DNA of 63,420 nt, counting the filler, from Octopus bimaculoides (Eukaryota), in assembly GCF_001194135.2 (NCBI RefSeq). It is 9 parts of 8 records of this genome, joined end to end, with 100 filler letters (N's around TTAATTAATTAA, not from the genome) between each part and the next. Parts side by side here need not be neighbours in the genome. Positions count along the whole stretch, not along the records: positions 32,809 to 48,712 come from NC_068997.1; positions 48,813 to 55,936 come from NC_068982.1; 7 more parts are not named here. The stretch is one strand, 5' to 3'. Positions 37,586 to 49,386 of the stretch are shown here, one piece after another (positions within the stretch are counted from its first letter, which is position 1; every line of letters begins with the position of its first letter). The position numbers were made by a program, and so were the translations under genes. The notes beneath the pieces were generated by a model. It worked only from the letters and a program-made list of their open reading frames with translations, was not told the origin of the DNA and searched no databases.

Positions 37586-37626
<41 letters not shown>

Positions 37627-38265
37627 ATAATAATAATAATAATAATAATTATAATAATAATAATTTATTCCTTTCTTAGCCACAAGGGCTCACATTTTGT
37701 ATTTGGTAATTAACATTTAATATTTTGGTCTGATTAAGGACAGGGCAAGGACATTGCTAGACAAATATACTACGTTCGTGGAACTTATTTATGCATCCAT
37801 TAACAAACTTCATTCGCATTCATGCGCCTATGCTTCTGTACATACATACATACATACATACGTACATACATACATACATACATACATACATACATACATA
37901 CATACATACATGCATAAACGCAAATGCATGGGATAATCTGGATAAGCTAAGGTTTTCAGAAAAGAAATCAACTAGCTAATTCACACATTACAAATAAAAT
38001 TTCTATGTTGAACAATAAAAATAAGGAAGGCTATTCCAATAGCGTTTTGTATATTTATTAGAAACCACCTACTTTCTCAGACGAAGATTTTTAGTGACAG
38101 AAATAGAAGAGAACATACATACACACATATAAATATGCATACATACATACATATATACATACAAATCTGCACGTATACATAGGTAGGTAGATAGATAGAT
38201 AGATACATGCATGCATGCATACATACATACATACATACATACATACATACATACATACATACATA

Positions 38266-38551
38266 CCAGATTACAAGTTCAGGTTTATACCTGTAATTAT
38301 TGGGGCTCTGAGATATGTAACACACTGCCTAAATACCAATTTTGAGAAATTAGGCTTCTCAAAACTAGAAAGGAGAAAGCTAATTCGAAAACTACAGATC
38401 TAATCCATCACTAGAACTGTAAAAATCCGTAAAACTTTCCAGAAGTTTATCATTTAAATATATATGAGCATGTCTAGATATGTAGCTATATGCATGAGAA
38501 TACATATATAAAACATACAATTCTGCACATACATACATACATACATACATA
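38266..38551 (+). mobile_element. RLE retrotransposon 3' end, CATA-associated family, copy C
   Basis: PDYKFRFIPVIIGALRYVTHCL..; begins within and ends in (CATA)n; lacks the terminal module. Confidence 0.8.
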
Positions 38552-38777
38552 CAGAAGAAAGAGAAATGTGTGGTTACGCAAGCGTTCAGCTTCCTAATAC
38601 TTTAATCATAGACCGATACACATGCACAATTTCAGTATCTGATAACAATATTCCGAAGTGTATGTTGACATGAATTTCGTTATCTGAATATATGTTGCCT
38701 TAGAAACCACTAGTTACTAGCAACTTCAACCATGTCGTTATTAAGGACTTACAATATTAAGGACTTACAATATTAAG

Positions 38778-38812
38778 GACTTAGTTTCGTCGTATATTTG
38801 CGACTTCATCAG
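38778..38812 (-). ncRNA. Minimal hammerhead core with disrupted stem I
   Basis: Minus strand: CTGATGA-A-GTCG-CAAATATA-CGAC-GAAA-C-TAA-GTC; perfect core, 4-bp stem II and GUC triplet; stem I partner displaced by a 16-bp tandem repeat. Confidence 0.6.
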
Positions 38813-39176
38813 TGGTATGACCTTACACAAGTTCTGTCTTGCTGACCTCAAGTTTTTGTTGCTATATTTTAAGTTTGGTGGATATGTGTGTACGTGTGTG
38901 TGTGTGTTGTGTGTGTTGTGAGTTTGAGTATGTATGCACATATGGTGGTGAGTTTATGAGAGACGTAAGTGTGATTGGTTTTTTTTTCTTTGTTCTGTTT
39001 ATATGTATACACGTTCATGGCCTAATTCTGTAAGCTCTCTGTCCTCTTCAGCAATTTCTCTTTTATCAGTGGAAAGCAGCCATTCTTTGGTGGTGCCTTG
39101 AAGAGATTTAGTCGAACAAATCGAATCCAGTAGTTATGTTCCTTTGTCTCTGAGTATCTTTTGATGAACTGCTAAG

Positions 39177-39245
<69 letters not shown>

Positions 39246-39763
39246 NNNNNNNNNNNNNNNNNNNNNNNNNNNNNNNNNNNNNNNNNNNNNNNNNNNNNNN
39301 NNNNNNNNNNNNNNNNNNNNNNNNNNNNNNNNNNNNNNNNNNNNNNNNNNNNNNNNNNNNNNNNNNNNNNNNNNNNNNNNNNNNNNNNNNNNNNNNNNNN
39401 NNNNNNNNNNNNNNNNNNNNNNNNNNNNNNNNNNNNNNNNNNNNNNNNNNNNNNNNNNNNNNNNNNNNNNNNNNNNNNNNNNNNNNNNNNNNNNNNNNNN
39501 NNNNNNNNNNNNNNNNNNNNNNNNNNNNNNNNNNNNNNNNNNNNNNNNNNNNNNNNNNNNNNNNNNNNNNNNNNNNNNNNNNNNNNNNNNNNNNNNNNNN
39601 NNNNNNNNNNNNNNNNNNNNNNNNNNNNNNNNNNNNNNNNNNNNNNNNNNNNNNNNNNNNNNNNNNNNNNNNNNNNNNNNNNNNNNNNNNNNNNNNNNNN
39701 NNNNNNNNNNNNNNNNNNNNNNNNNNNNNNNNNNNTATATATATATATATATATATATAAGTG

Positions 39764-39831
<68 letters not shown>

Positions 39832-39842
39832 AACATATACGA

Positions 39843-39932
39843 CTGGCTTTCACAACGTCCGGTTTGGGAATCGAAACTGCGGTCCTACGACCGCGAGTCC
39901 ACTGCTCTAACCACTGGGCCATTGCACTTCCA
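39843..39932 (-). mobile_element. SINE family C tRNA-like head
   Basis: Reverse complement GGAAGTGCAATGGCCCAGTGGTTAGAGCAGTGGACTCGCGGTCG..GGTTTCGATTCCC. Confidence 0.8.
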
Positions 39933-40349
39933 TACATGCTGCATAAATATATCAGGAACAGAGCTACTCCAGTAGATCGTGAAGAAGCTACAGAGAGTAT
40001 TTTATGCTAAGGTTTTAGGTTCGAGTTTTATTAATTTCATGTCATGCGCTATTTTTTCCAGATCCTCTTTCATTTGGCCTAGATATTTTAAAAGTTCTTT
40101 TTGCATTTCTGTTCTTTGTTATGTCTAAGGATGGATATTGATGTGTATGAGTCTGTTTGCAAATGTAATTCTGGAGAACTGAAGAGGGCAAATTTACCTT
40201 ATCTTGGCTTGCGCATTTGGCTCTATCTAAATTTGTTTTTGTATATGCTCAAATAGAACGAAGATTGTTTTCTGAAATAGTGTTTTGATAGTTATAGTGA
40301 TTTTAATGTATTTAGAGAAGGTAATTTGCTTAGTGGATATAGTTTCTGT

Positions 40350-40735
40350 GTGGAGGCGCAATGGCCCAGTGGTTAGGGCAGCGGACTCGCGGTCATAGTT
40401 CGCGGTTTCGATTCCCAGACCGGGCGTTGTGAGTGTTTATTGAGCGAAAAGACCTTAAACTCCACGAGGCTTCGGCAGGGGATGGTAGTGAACCCTACAG
40501 TACTCTTTCACCCCAACTTTCTCTCACTCTATCTTCTTGTTTCTGCTGTGCCTGTATTTCAAAGGGCCAGCCTTGTCACACTGTGTCACGCTGAATCTCT
40601 CCCGAGAACTACGTTAAGGGTACACGTGTCTGTGGAGTGCTCAGCCACTTGCACGTTAATTTCACGAGCAGGCTGTTCCGTTGATCGGATCAACTGGAAC
40701 CCTCGACGCCGTAAGCGACGGAGTGCCAACAACAA
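40350..40735 (+). mobile_element. SINE family C, full length, 53-bp target duplication
   Basis: A box TGGCCCAGTGG, B box GGTTTCGATTCC, tail GGAGTGCCAACAACAA; flanks 40297-40349 and 40736-40788 identical except one base. Confidence 0.92.
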
Positions 40736-41699
40736 GTGATTTTAATGTATTTAGAGAAGGCAATTTGCTTAGTGGATATAGTTTCTGTAAAGCAGTGAAC
40801 ATTTATGAAAAAAAACTTTTTTCTTAGATTCAAAAATGCAGTAAATATTACTCTCTGTGTCCCACACTCCTAGTGTATTTATTAGGAAGTGGGGAGAGAG
40901 AGTGAGTGAGAGAGAGAAAGAGAGAGAAAGAAAAGAGATGGTGGGAGGGAGCTGTTTACATAAATTACAAATTTGCTATTTGTGTGGTCAACTTGCAGTG
41001 AACGTCGATACAGGAAGTTGATTAATGGGAGCTTAACGAGTCATTTACGGGAAGGAAATACTGAAGTGAGGAAGCCATTGAAGGAATTGAGGCGAGATAT
41101 GCAATTGGTAGACAGCTTTAAGAAAAGCGAAAAGACATTTTGTTTGAATTAGATTTTTTTTAGATGGGTGAGAAAACGGCACCTATTGTTCAAGGCCTCT
41201 GAGACTGGTGAAAGGGAAAGAGTGAAAGANNNNNNNNNNNNNNNNNNNNNNNNNNNNNNNNNNNNNNNNNNNNNNNNNNNNNNNNNNNNNNNNNNNNNNN
41301 NNNNNNNNNNNNNNNNNNNNNNNNNNNNNNNNNNNNNNNNNNNNNNNNNNNNNNNNNNNNNNNNNNNNNNNNNNNNNNNNNNNNNNNNNNNNNNNNNNNN
41401 NNNNNNNNNNNNNNNNNNNNNNNNNNNNNNNNNNNNNNNNNNNNNNNNNNNNNNNNNNNNNNNNNNNNNNNNNNNNNNNNNNNNNNNNNNNNNNNNNNNN
41501 NNNNNNNNNNNNNNNNNNNNNNNNNNNNNNNNNNNNNNNNNNNNNNNNNNNNNNNNNNNNNNNNNNNNNNNNNNNNNNNNNNNNNNNNNNNNNNNNNNNN
41601 NNNNNNNNNNNNNNNNNNNNNNNNNNNNNNNNNNNNNNNNGTGTGTGTGTGTGTGTGTGTGTGTGAGTATGTTTGTGCATGTACCAAAATGACTTCACC

Positions 41700-43900
41700 A
41701 TTAAATTAAACTGGCAAGTATGTGGAGTTCTACCAACAGCTCCCTTTTCGTGGTCTTCATATTCTTCAGCACTGCACTTTGCAAATTCCTTGTAGGCTGA
41801 CAAGGAATCTCTTTATGAGCACTTAATTTTCGCTCGCCTACACTCATTACCCTTCGCACCTGGGCTGACCATATCACTGTGGTTTGCCCCCTGGGTACTA
41901 TCAATCCGTGTCATCTGATTGATATTTGCCTTTCTGCGTACACCCTCTTGCCTTGCGAATCCGAGGGCCTTTCAGCGTAGGGAACCGATTCCTGCAGCAT
42001 ATTCATTCAAGTGTTCCCGTGTTGTATACGTTCAAATCGTTGTCTTTGTCTGCGTCCATCTTCATTTCCGGTCCATTATCATTAATTCTTGGTGCTCTTA
42101 TTCTCTCTCGCTTTGGCAAGCTTTCAGACATATTTAAATCAACAGGACAGTTAGAGAACTACTAGTTCTACGCTGACTATTCTTGGCAATTCATGTGTTT
42201 TGCATTTCATCCTTCAGAGACAATTTAACAAAGGACTGAACCCATAATCTTAAACATGCCCCTCCATATCTCAGACCCAACGAAAACACATATCCACCAA
42301 AACCTAAGTAGTTCACTCATTACTGCGCTACAGCAATAATAATAAAGATCACAGCTTGCAATGTGTTGAAAAACTAACCTGCCACAAACAAATTGCAATT
42401 CTTGATATCCATGCTTGGAAACGCAGCGAATCTCTCTGAATAACGGTGAGTCCGCAACCTCTCTTGTCTCTAAAAGAATCACTGCTAATTTTGTAGTTTC
42501 CGTCTGCTCCCCACATCTCGACTGTAATTGTTTCGTAAGGACTACTCATGTAGATGAAGCAGCCACATGTGCTTTTAGATTCATACTGCACATGCAAAAT
42601 AACCCCCCCACCTCAAATCTTATTTCCTCTCCCTTCTCAAAAGGTGCTTCAGATCAACAAATGCATCGGCCATCTTACTTTGTCTTCCATAACCCTCGAA
42701 CAATGAACTCCAGAGTTAGTTTCTATCTTCACCAAATTCTTTTCAATTTCTATTTCTCTAGAAAGATTCTAGTCTTTGAGGACATGTTGCAGTATATCCC
42801 ATTCATGAAAAGGGCAACCACTGTGACCACATTGGCCTATCTATTTTAATTTCAACATCACAAAAGTCATGGAGACAGCCGTTAGCAAACATATTCTCGA
42901 GCATCATCAATTTCTCATCTTTCTAAATGATCGCTTTAGTAAAACCAAATCTATTCGAGACCTCCTCTTCAATATCACTCACTAGTGATGCCTTGCTTTC
43001 AAGAGATTTAACAAAAGACAATGTTCTTACAGCTGACATAAGCAAAGTTATTTGTAGTTGGCATTCGTTTTGTCAAAATTCATACAATCAGCTTATACAA
43101 GGCCTCTTTTGTTCAGCGTATCTCATGATTATGTTTACCACCATTTTAACCAAATCGATAACTCAAATATATGTAGCATAATTTGTTTTTGATGCGTTCT
43201 TCTCTAAAGTACGTTGGTCTTATCTGGAGTTTACTTCATGTTGTATAAACAAACGTAATTCATTTATTATCAGTGTTGTCTTTGTTTACAGCCGACTCCA
43301 CGTCGGACAAAGAAACACTCTCACAGACAGACTTTTATGTTTACTTACTAAAAATTCTTTTCTTGAACAAACAGAATTATTTCTAAATTGGAAGCAATTT
43401 TTATATGCCCCACTTAGAAGACAAAATTTTATAATTGGTGTCCTCAATGTTGGAACGCGCGCGCTTCTGATCTACGATTGGTGACCTCGGCTGTGGATAT
43501 TCGGACAGGCGCATTTCTACAATGAGATCCTGACTGTGTAAAATAGGATGATGATCCCTACATTTGGTGATTATCAACATTGTAGCATTCGCATTTCCAC
43601 TAACAGTCACATACGCAACCTTCGTTTGAACACGTGATCTCTTTGCCGTACATAAACTTTTACACAACGATTTGTTCCATAGAATTTTTGTCACTGTACA
43701 CAGTAGTATCGTCGAATCTATCGACCTCAATTTTCAAGAACAACTACTGTATTAATACATTGCCACAGCCAGTAGTTGTTCTAGATGTCTCCGTTCAGGA
43801 CGTTAATAAATTCTTGACATATACCTCTGTGACATGCTACGCTATTTTAATATTGGCTTCTCACAAGAATTAAACGTTGAAGCAACAGTTATTTCTAAAA
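41700..43900 (-). pseudogene. Highly degenerate L1/Tx1-clade ORF2 (RT region)
   Basis: Scattered minus-strand remnants in L1/Tx1 order: FINVLNGDI*NNYW, CRDHHPIL..ARSNIEDT (~DYRPITLL..GRSIQDN), SLSDVESAVNKD (~SLDQEKAFDRV), FAYVSCKNIVF (~SAYADDITVF), LLRRERK..CAV*I. Confidence 0.5.
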
Positions 43901-44555
43901 CCTTATTTTTAAAAGATTAAAACAATAATTGACGACACACACTCGTGTCAAATACTCCACATTATCAACGCTTATAATCTATTTGCACCGTAAACAGAGA
44001 TTTGATAATGTAATTAAGTGGTAACATAAGTAAGTGACAAATGACTTTTGTGATTAACACCGTCATTGTAAAACCATTTATATATTTTATTTTCAAACCC
44101 TGCATCTAGGACAGAGTTCGGCAAACTTTTTGGAAGGTGGGCCACATTGGAAATATTTTTATGTCTAGCGGGCTAAAAAGAATGTAAAATGTAACACGAT
44201 CATACAAGTCTGTAGAAGCAATTTAGAGTATTTTTTGTTTAATTACTTTACTTTCCTCTATATGCAATTGAAGGAGTATTTTTTTTTAAATAAACATTAT
44301 ACTTAACGTATACACTCTGTCGATAGGCTACTTACTGCAGTATTTTTACTGCGATTACGTCTCTTATAGACTTGCTGTGTTAAAAACAGAGGCGATATTA
44401 ATTAAATACTGAATCAATTGAATAAACCGGATTTTTAATCAACTGAGCGGCTATTTGCAACATCAGTGAATGTTTTATTAACTTTCTCCTTATATCACAG
44501 ACAACAAATTCACGTCCGAGCATGTGGTTGGCTACGAGTATGTGTCTTTGATTGT

Positions 44556-45613
44556 AGGATGTAGACTGATATTTGGAGTCTACATCCTATCCCTGGATTA
44601 GAGATGGGATGTAGACTCCAACTAAGTCAGTGACTTGTGCGGAGTCGGATGATCCACTCACTATATCGAAAGCGTCAGCTCTATCTGCTCTACACCAGAA
44701 TTTGCTGTCAAAATCCACCTGGGTACCCCAAGCTGCTAGTATTATATCAATATATTGACGGAATAAATCGTAGTTAGACTTAGCAAATATCAGGGCTTTA
44801 TTGAGAAGGATGATGTTAGTAGTACTACAATAGTTATCTGTAGCTTTTGTGTCTCGGGAGAGTCATTTTCTTTTTGTGCTTTATAATTTAACACACTCAT
44901 CGGTGTAATTTCCACTTATTTCTTATTTTTATTTTCCTAAAATTTTCGTTGCGTCTTGCAATCTTTTCAATAGTCTTAAGACTATTGAATTATAGATTAT
45001 AAGGCACAAAAAGAAAATGACTCTCCCCAGACACAACAGAATATGCTTCAACACACGAACTCACATAAAGAATCGTGCAAACCAAATCCCAAAACGAAAT
45101 ATCTATATCTAGTTGTAGGAATTTGCTATTTAAGCTTATGTCTAGTTGCTTAAGCTACGCTATAATCGACGGGTGTCAGACCACAAGGCTAATCGTATCT
45201 TAGATTTGAGAGTAGGTGCTATTCTATCTTTAATTATCTTACTAATCTGGCCTATGTTGGATCTAGACGGGGCAAATTAGTCTTACTGAGGGGTTGGTTA
45301 AGAAATTGGGTGATTTTGAGTTTCCTAAGGGCACATGGTTCTGTTCTATCGTCTATCTCTAGCTTTCTAACAATTTCTAAGCCTCTGGCGTCAATGATAT
45401 TTAATATATCTATGCTTGAATGCTTGTGTCTATCATTCAGTTCCTTCGCAATTAAACTTTTATATAATTCTCTATTGATAATGTAGACATTACCGGTTTT
45501 GTCAGCTGGTGCAATAATCTCGGGAGCTTTCTCGAAGTAGACAAGTAACTTTTGAAGCTATTGTTGGTGTTTTCGGATGGTGGTGGGGTATTTCCTGAAT
45601 CTCTCACTAAATG
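44556..45613 (-). mobile_element. Penelope-like RT relic, left arm of head-to-head palindrome, with foldback insert
   Basis: Reverse complement of 45666-46440, visibly diverged (roughly 80-85% by eye); encodes LLNKALIFAKSN..FDIVSGSSDSAQVTDLVGVYI. Confidence 0.85.
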
Positions 45614-45665
45614 TGTGTGCTGTTTTGGTGTATGAATTTAATCCGTTCTCGGTATCCGGCCCTAG

Positions 45666-47240
45666 CATTAAATGTGAGATTCAGGAAATACCCCACCGCC
45701 ATCCGAAAACACAAACGAAAGCTTCAAAAGTTACTCGTCTATTTCGAGAAAGCTTCCGGAATTATTTTACCAGCCGACAAAACCAGTAATGTCTACATTA
45801 TCAATATACAATTATATAAAAGTTTAATTACGAAGGAATTGAATGACAGATACAGACATGCAAGTATAGATATATTAAATAACATTAATTCTAGAGGCTT
45901 AGAAATTTTTAGAAAGCTAGAGATAGCCGACAGAACAGAACCAGCTATAGATAGAACACACCCCTAGGAGACCCAGAATCATCCTAAAAGATCACAACCT
46001 AATTTCTTACCCCCCCCCCCCAGTAAGACTGATTCCGCCACTTTAAATACGATATAGGCCGGATTAGTAAGATAATTGCCGATAGAATAGCACCCAGTCT
46101 CAAACCTAAGATACGATTAGCCGTGTGGTCTGACAATCGTCAAGTATAGCTTGGTTTAAGCAACTAGACATAAACTTAAATAGCAAATTCCTACAACTAG
46201 ATATAGATAACTATTATAGTATTATTAACCCTGTCCTTCTCAATAAAGCCCTGATATTTGCTAAGTCTAACTCCAATCTATCCCGTCAAGAAATTGCTAT
46301 AATACTAGTAGCTAGGGATACCCTGGTAGATTTTGACAGCAAATTCTGGTGTAGTGCAGATAGTGCTGACGACTTCGATATAGCAAGCGGATCATCCGAC
46401 TCCGCACAAGTCACTGACTTAGTTGGAGTCTACTTCCTATCCCTAATACGAGATCACAAAAATACCACTCCATATTTAACAGGCATAACGTGAAGGTGTC
46501 ATACGCAATCTCCTCCAGCTTGAAGCAGCATAAGCACCGAATCAGCAACAGGATGCTAAACAAGGGCTCGAGCAACACCCCCAGGGAACCCTCAACTAAT
46601 GTACCTGTATACAATGCTCACTCGACCGACCGCCAGGAAGGGTTACGCATAGGAACCCATAGCATGGACCTATCGGGAAATAATAACAACCAAATTCTAA
46701 GTAACCCAGAGAGTCTGCATAACAATAACATAGTGAAAACGAACTGACATGTAACGAGAACGACGGGAATAACGGAATACAACTAGTCACTAACAGCAGC
46801 CAGCAATAGGTGCTCGTGTAGGGACAAATCAAGGTACCCACTCGGTAATCTCTGCACGATTTGCAACATCGTATATAAATGCACAGTGCACACACGAGGA
46901 GGCCCGTGTGTGTTCATAGGTGTCACGGACGATTCATTCAAGAATCGATATCTCAACCACATTTCAACTTTTAAGAAAATAACTACGAGACACACAACAT
47001 CACTGGTGGAATTTCTGTGGAAACTGAAATCAGATAAGATCAACTATGTATGAACTGTCCTGGGCACTTGCGAGACACGCAAAACCATACAGCACCCTTT
47101 CTAGGGGGTATGGGTAGTGCTTGGAAGAATTTTTGTCCATTTTACTAACTAGAGAAAGAGTAATTAACACATTAACTGAATGAATTGCACGCTGCACACA
47201 CGGTAAAAAAGCCAGCTGCACCCACTACAACATCCCAGCG
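45666..47240 (+). mobile_element. Penelope-like element (Neptune-like), internally deleted: RT N-half, linker, GIY-YIG endonuclease
   Basis: PADKTSNVY; FLQLDIDNYYSII (motif A); FDIASGSSDSAQVTDLVGVYFL (motif B); HSIFNRHNVKVSY; CSCRDKSRYPLGNLC; NIVYKC..FIGVTDDSFKNRYLNH..LWKLK..WALARHAKPY. Confidence 0.9.
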
Positions 47241-47675
47241 TTCCCACAGCCATATCTTGCACGCACCGAGAAACCCAAGCTGGGAAAATACCAACAGATG
47301 TATCTATGTATGCATCCACACATGAATGTAATTACGGTTATATCTTCCTAAGTATGCATGTATCCTGTATAAGTCTGTGCTTGTATATATGAATGCACGC
47401 TATATAAAAAAAATACACAAATATAAATGTACGTGTGCGTGTATTTGTCTGTGTGTATGTATATGTATATATGTAAATGTGTATATGTGTATTTACACAC
47501 GCACACACACACACATAAATGTAAGGATAACCAAGTTAGGCAGGTCGATATACAAAGAATATTAAATACATCAATTACAAAAAAGTATATATATGCTTAC
47601 ATGCAAAAAGGTTCGACTTACACAGAATAGAAATGATACCAAGAATTAAAGGACGTTGGAGAAGAGTATTACAAA

Positions 47676-47766
47676 TCCAACGGCCGTTTCTGGGGGCTTG
47701 GTAGTCCAAAATAATGTTTGTAGATTGATTTCATCGTTGGATCAGACGAGCCTCTGTCTTCAGGGA
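47676..47766 (-). ncRNA. Type I hammerhead ribozyme-like motif, long stem II insert
   Basis: Minus strand: TCC-CTGAAGA-CAGAGGCT-(50 nt)-AGCCCCCA-GAAA-C-GGCC-GTT-GGA; canonical core, palindromic GGCC loop, GUU triplet, 3-bp stem I. Confidence 0.6.
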
Positions 47767-47921
47767 ACAAATATTACATTTGAGGTGATGAGAGAAAGGA
47801 GATTAAAGATATTCTATAGATGAACAGAATAGACTAAGCGGAGCAGAAGCACACACTAAGACGGAAAGTGCCGCTGAAAAGGTCACAGACGTATGACGAA
47901 AGGCTTTCGGACAATGGACAC

Positions 47922-48010
<89 letters not shown>

Positions 48011-48604
48011 AGCTTTATATGTACGTGTATGTGCATTTAGCTATATATGTATGTACGTATGTGTGTGTGTATTTATATGTGTGTGTGTGTATGTGTATGT
48101 GTGTACGTGCGAGAATGTGCGTCTGTGTACCCATGGGTCTGTGTAGGTGTCGGTGTAAGTGTAAATATAGATAGATGCGTATATATACATACACCGAGTG
48201 ACACTTGTGCGCATATAAATGAGTCTATGTCTGTGTATATGTCAATGCGTACTTGCATGTGCCAATATGGGCGGAGCTGTAATTTAACAGGATGTTTGAG
48301 TTGATTTGCCGTTTGCTCGTTCCATGCATATTTGGGATGGGCGGTTGTGTGCCATCTAATATCTTTTCATCCTGTTTTGTATATTTTAATGGGTCAACTA
48401 TGAAAATTGGATTTGAATGGTTTCTGTTTTTATTGGCAGTATATTACTAATAATAATAATAATAATAATAGCAATACTAATGGGACCCCGAGGAGATGGA
48501 GTATCCTATATTTTATAATATTTTTTTATATGTATTAATCATTCTGGATGTTCCATCGAAATGTTCATAGGTCAATTTCATTATTATTATTATTATTATT
48601 ATTA

Positions 48605-48665
<61 letters not shown>

Positions 48666-48855
48666 AAAGTATTTTCAATGGATCAGTTTTGAGCTCTATT
48701 TAAAGTTGATATNNNNNNNNNNNNNNNNNNNNNNNNNNNNNNNNNNNNNNNNNNNNTTAATTAATTAANNNNNNNNNNNNNNNNNNNNNNNNNNNNNNNN
48801 NNNNNNNNNNNNACATGAATACATACACATACACACATACATACATGCATGCATA

Positions 48856-48960
48856 CAAAAATACCCTGTTGTTGATGTTGAAATTCCAATGAAGGAGCCT
48901 TGGATCTAAGTTAGAAACCGGTTCTTTCTCTATTGGCAAGAAATCTTGAAATAAGTTGAA
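48856..48960 (+). mobile_element. Terminal module of the CATA-associated RLE family, copy D (upstream part in gap)
   Basis: CAAAAATACCCTGTTGTTGATGTTGAAATTCCAATGAAGGAGCC..CTTGAAATAA flanked by CATA-type repeats. Confidence 0.75.
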
Positions 48961-48988
48961 TAATGATATACATACATAGATACATAGA

Positions 48989-49024
<36 letters not shown>

Positions 49025-49092
49025 TATATTTGCTTTCGGTGCGAATGGCTTTATTACACGACGCCGTATTTTATAAATCTGTAAATAATAAT

Positions 49093-49386
49093 AATGGTAT
49101 TTTTATATAAGCTTAAAGCTTATGGCGATCACCGTCCAATGACTAAAGAAAATAGTTTAATAAAGGAGCATATAAGCCCTCGACAAAAAAAGAAGGCTTT
49201 GCCATCCACGTGGGATGCGAATCCACATCCCTTTGTTAACATGACTGTGTGTGTTACCTTCACACACGGATAGGAAAGCCTTGTTTTTTTTCTGCCGAGT
49301 GCTTATATGCCTCGTTATTAGACTATTTTCCTTAGTCATTGCACGGTGAACGCCATAAACTTTAAGCTTATATAAAAAATACCATT
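49093..49386. mobile_element. Palindromic MITE-like element (~115-bp arms)
   Basis: AATGGTATTTTTATATAAGCTTAAAG.. versus ..CTTTAAGCTTATATAAAAAATACCATT; the centre holds two small hairpins. Confidence 0.8.

Noticed and set aside
39843-40430. tRNA-like sequences with A and B boxes
   Set aside because: They are SINE heads continuing into SINE bodies; no complete cloverleaf identified.
41700-43900. Endogenous viral element or hAT transposase
   Set aside because: Ordered remnants fit L1/Tx1 RT better; no viral or hAT motif could be aligned by eye.
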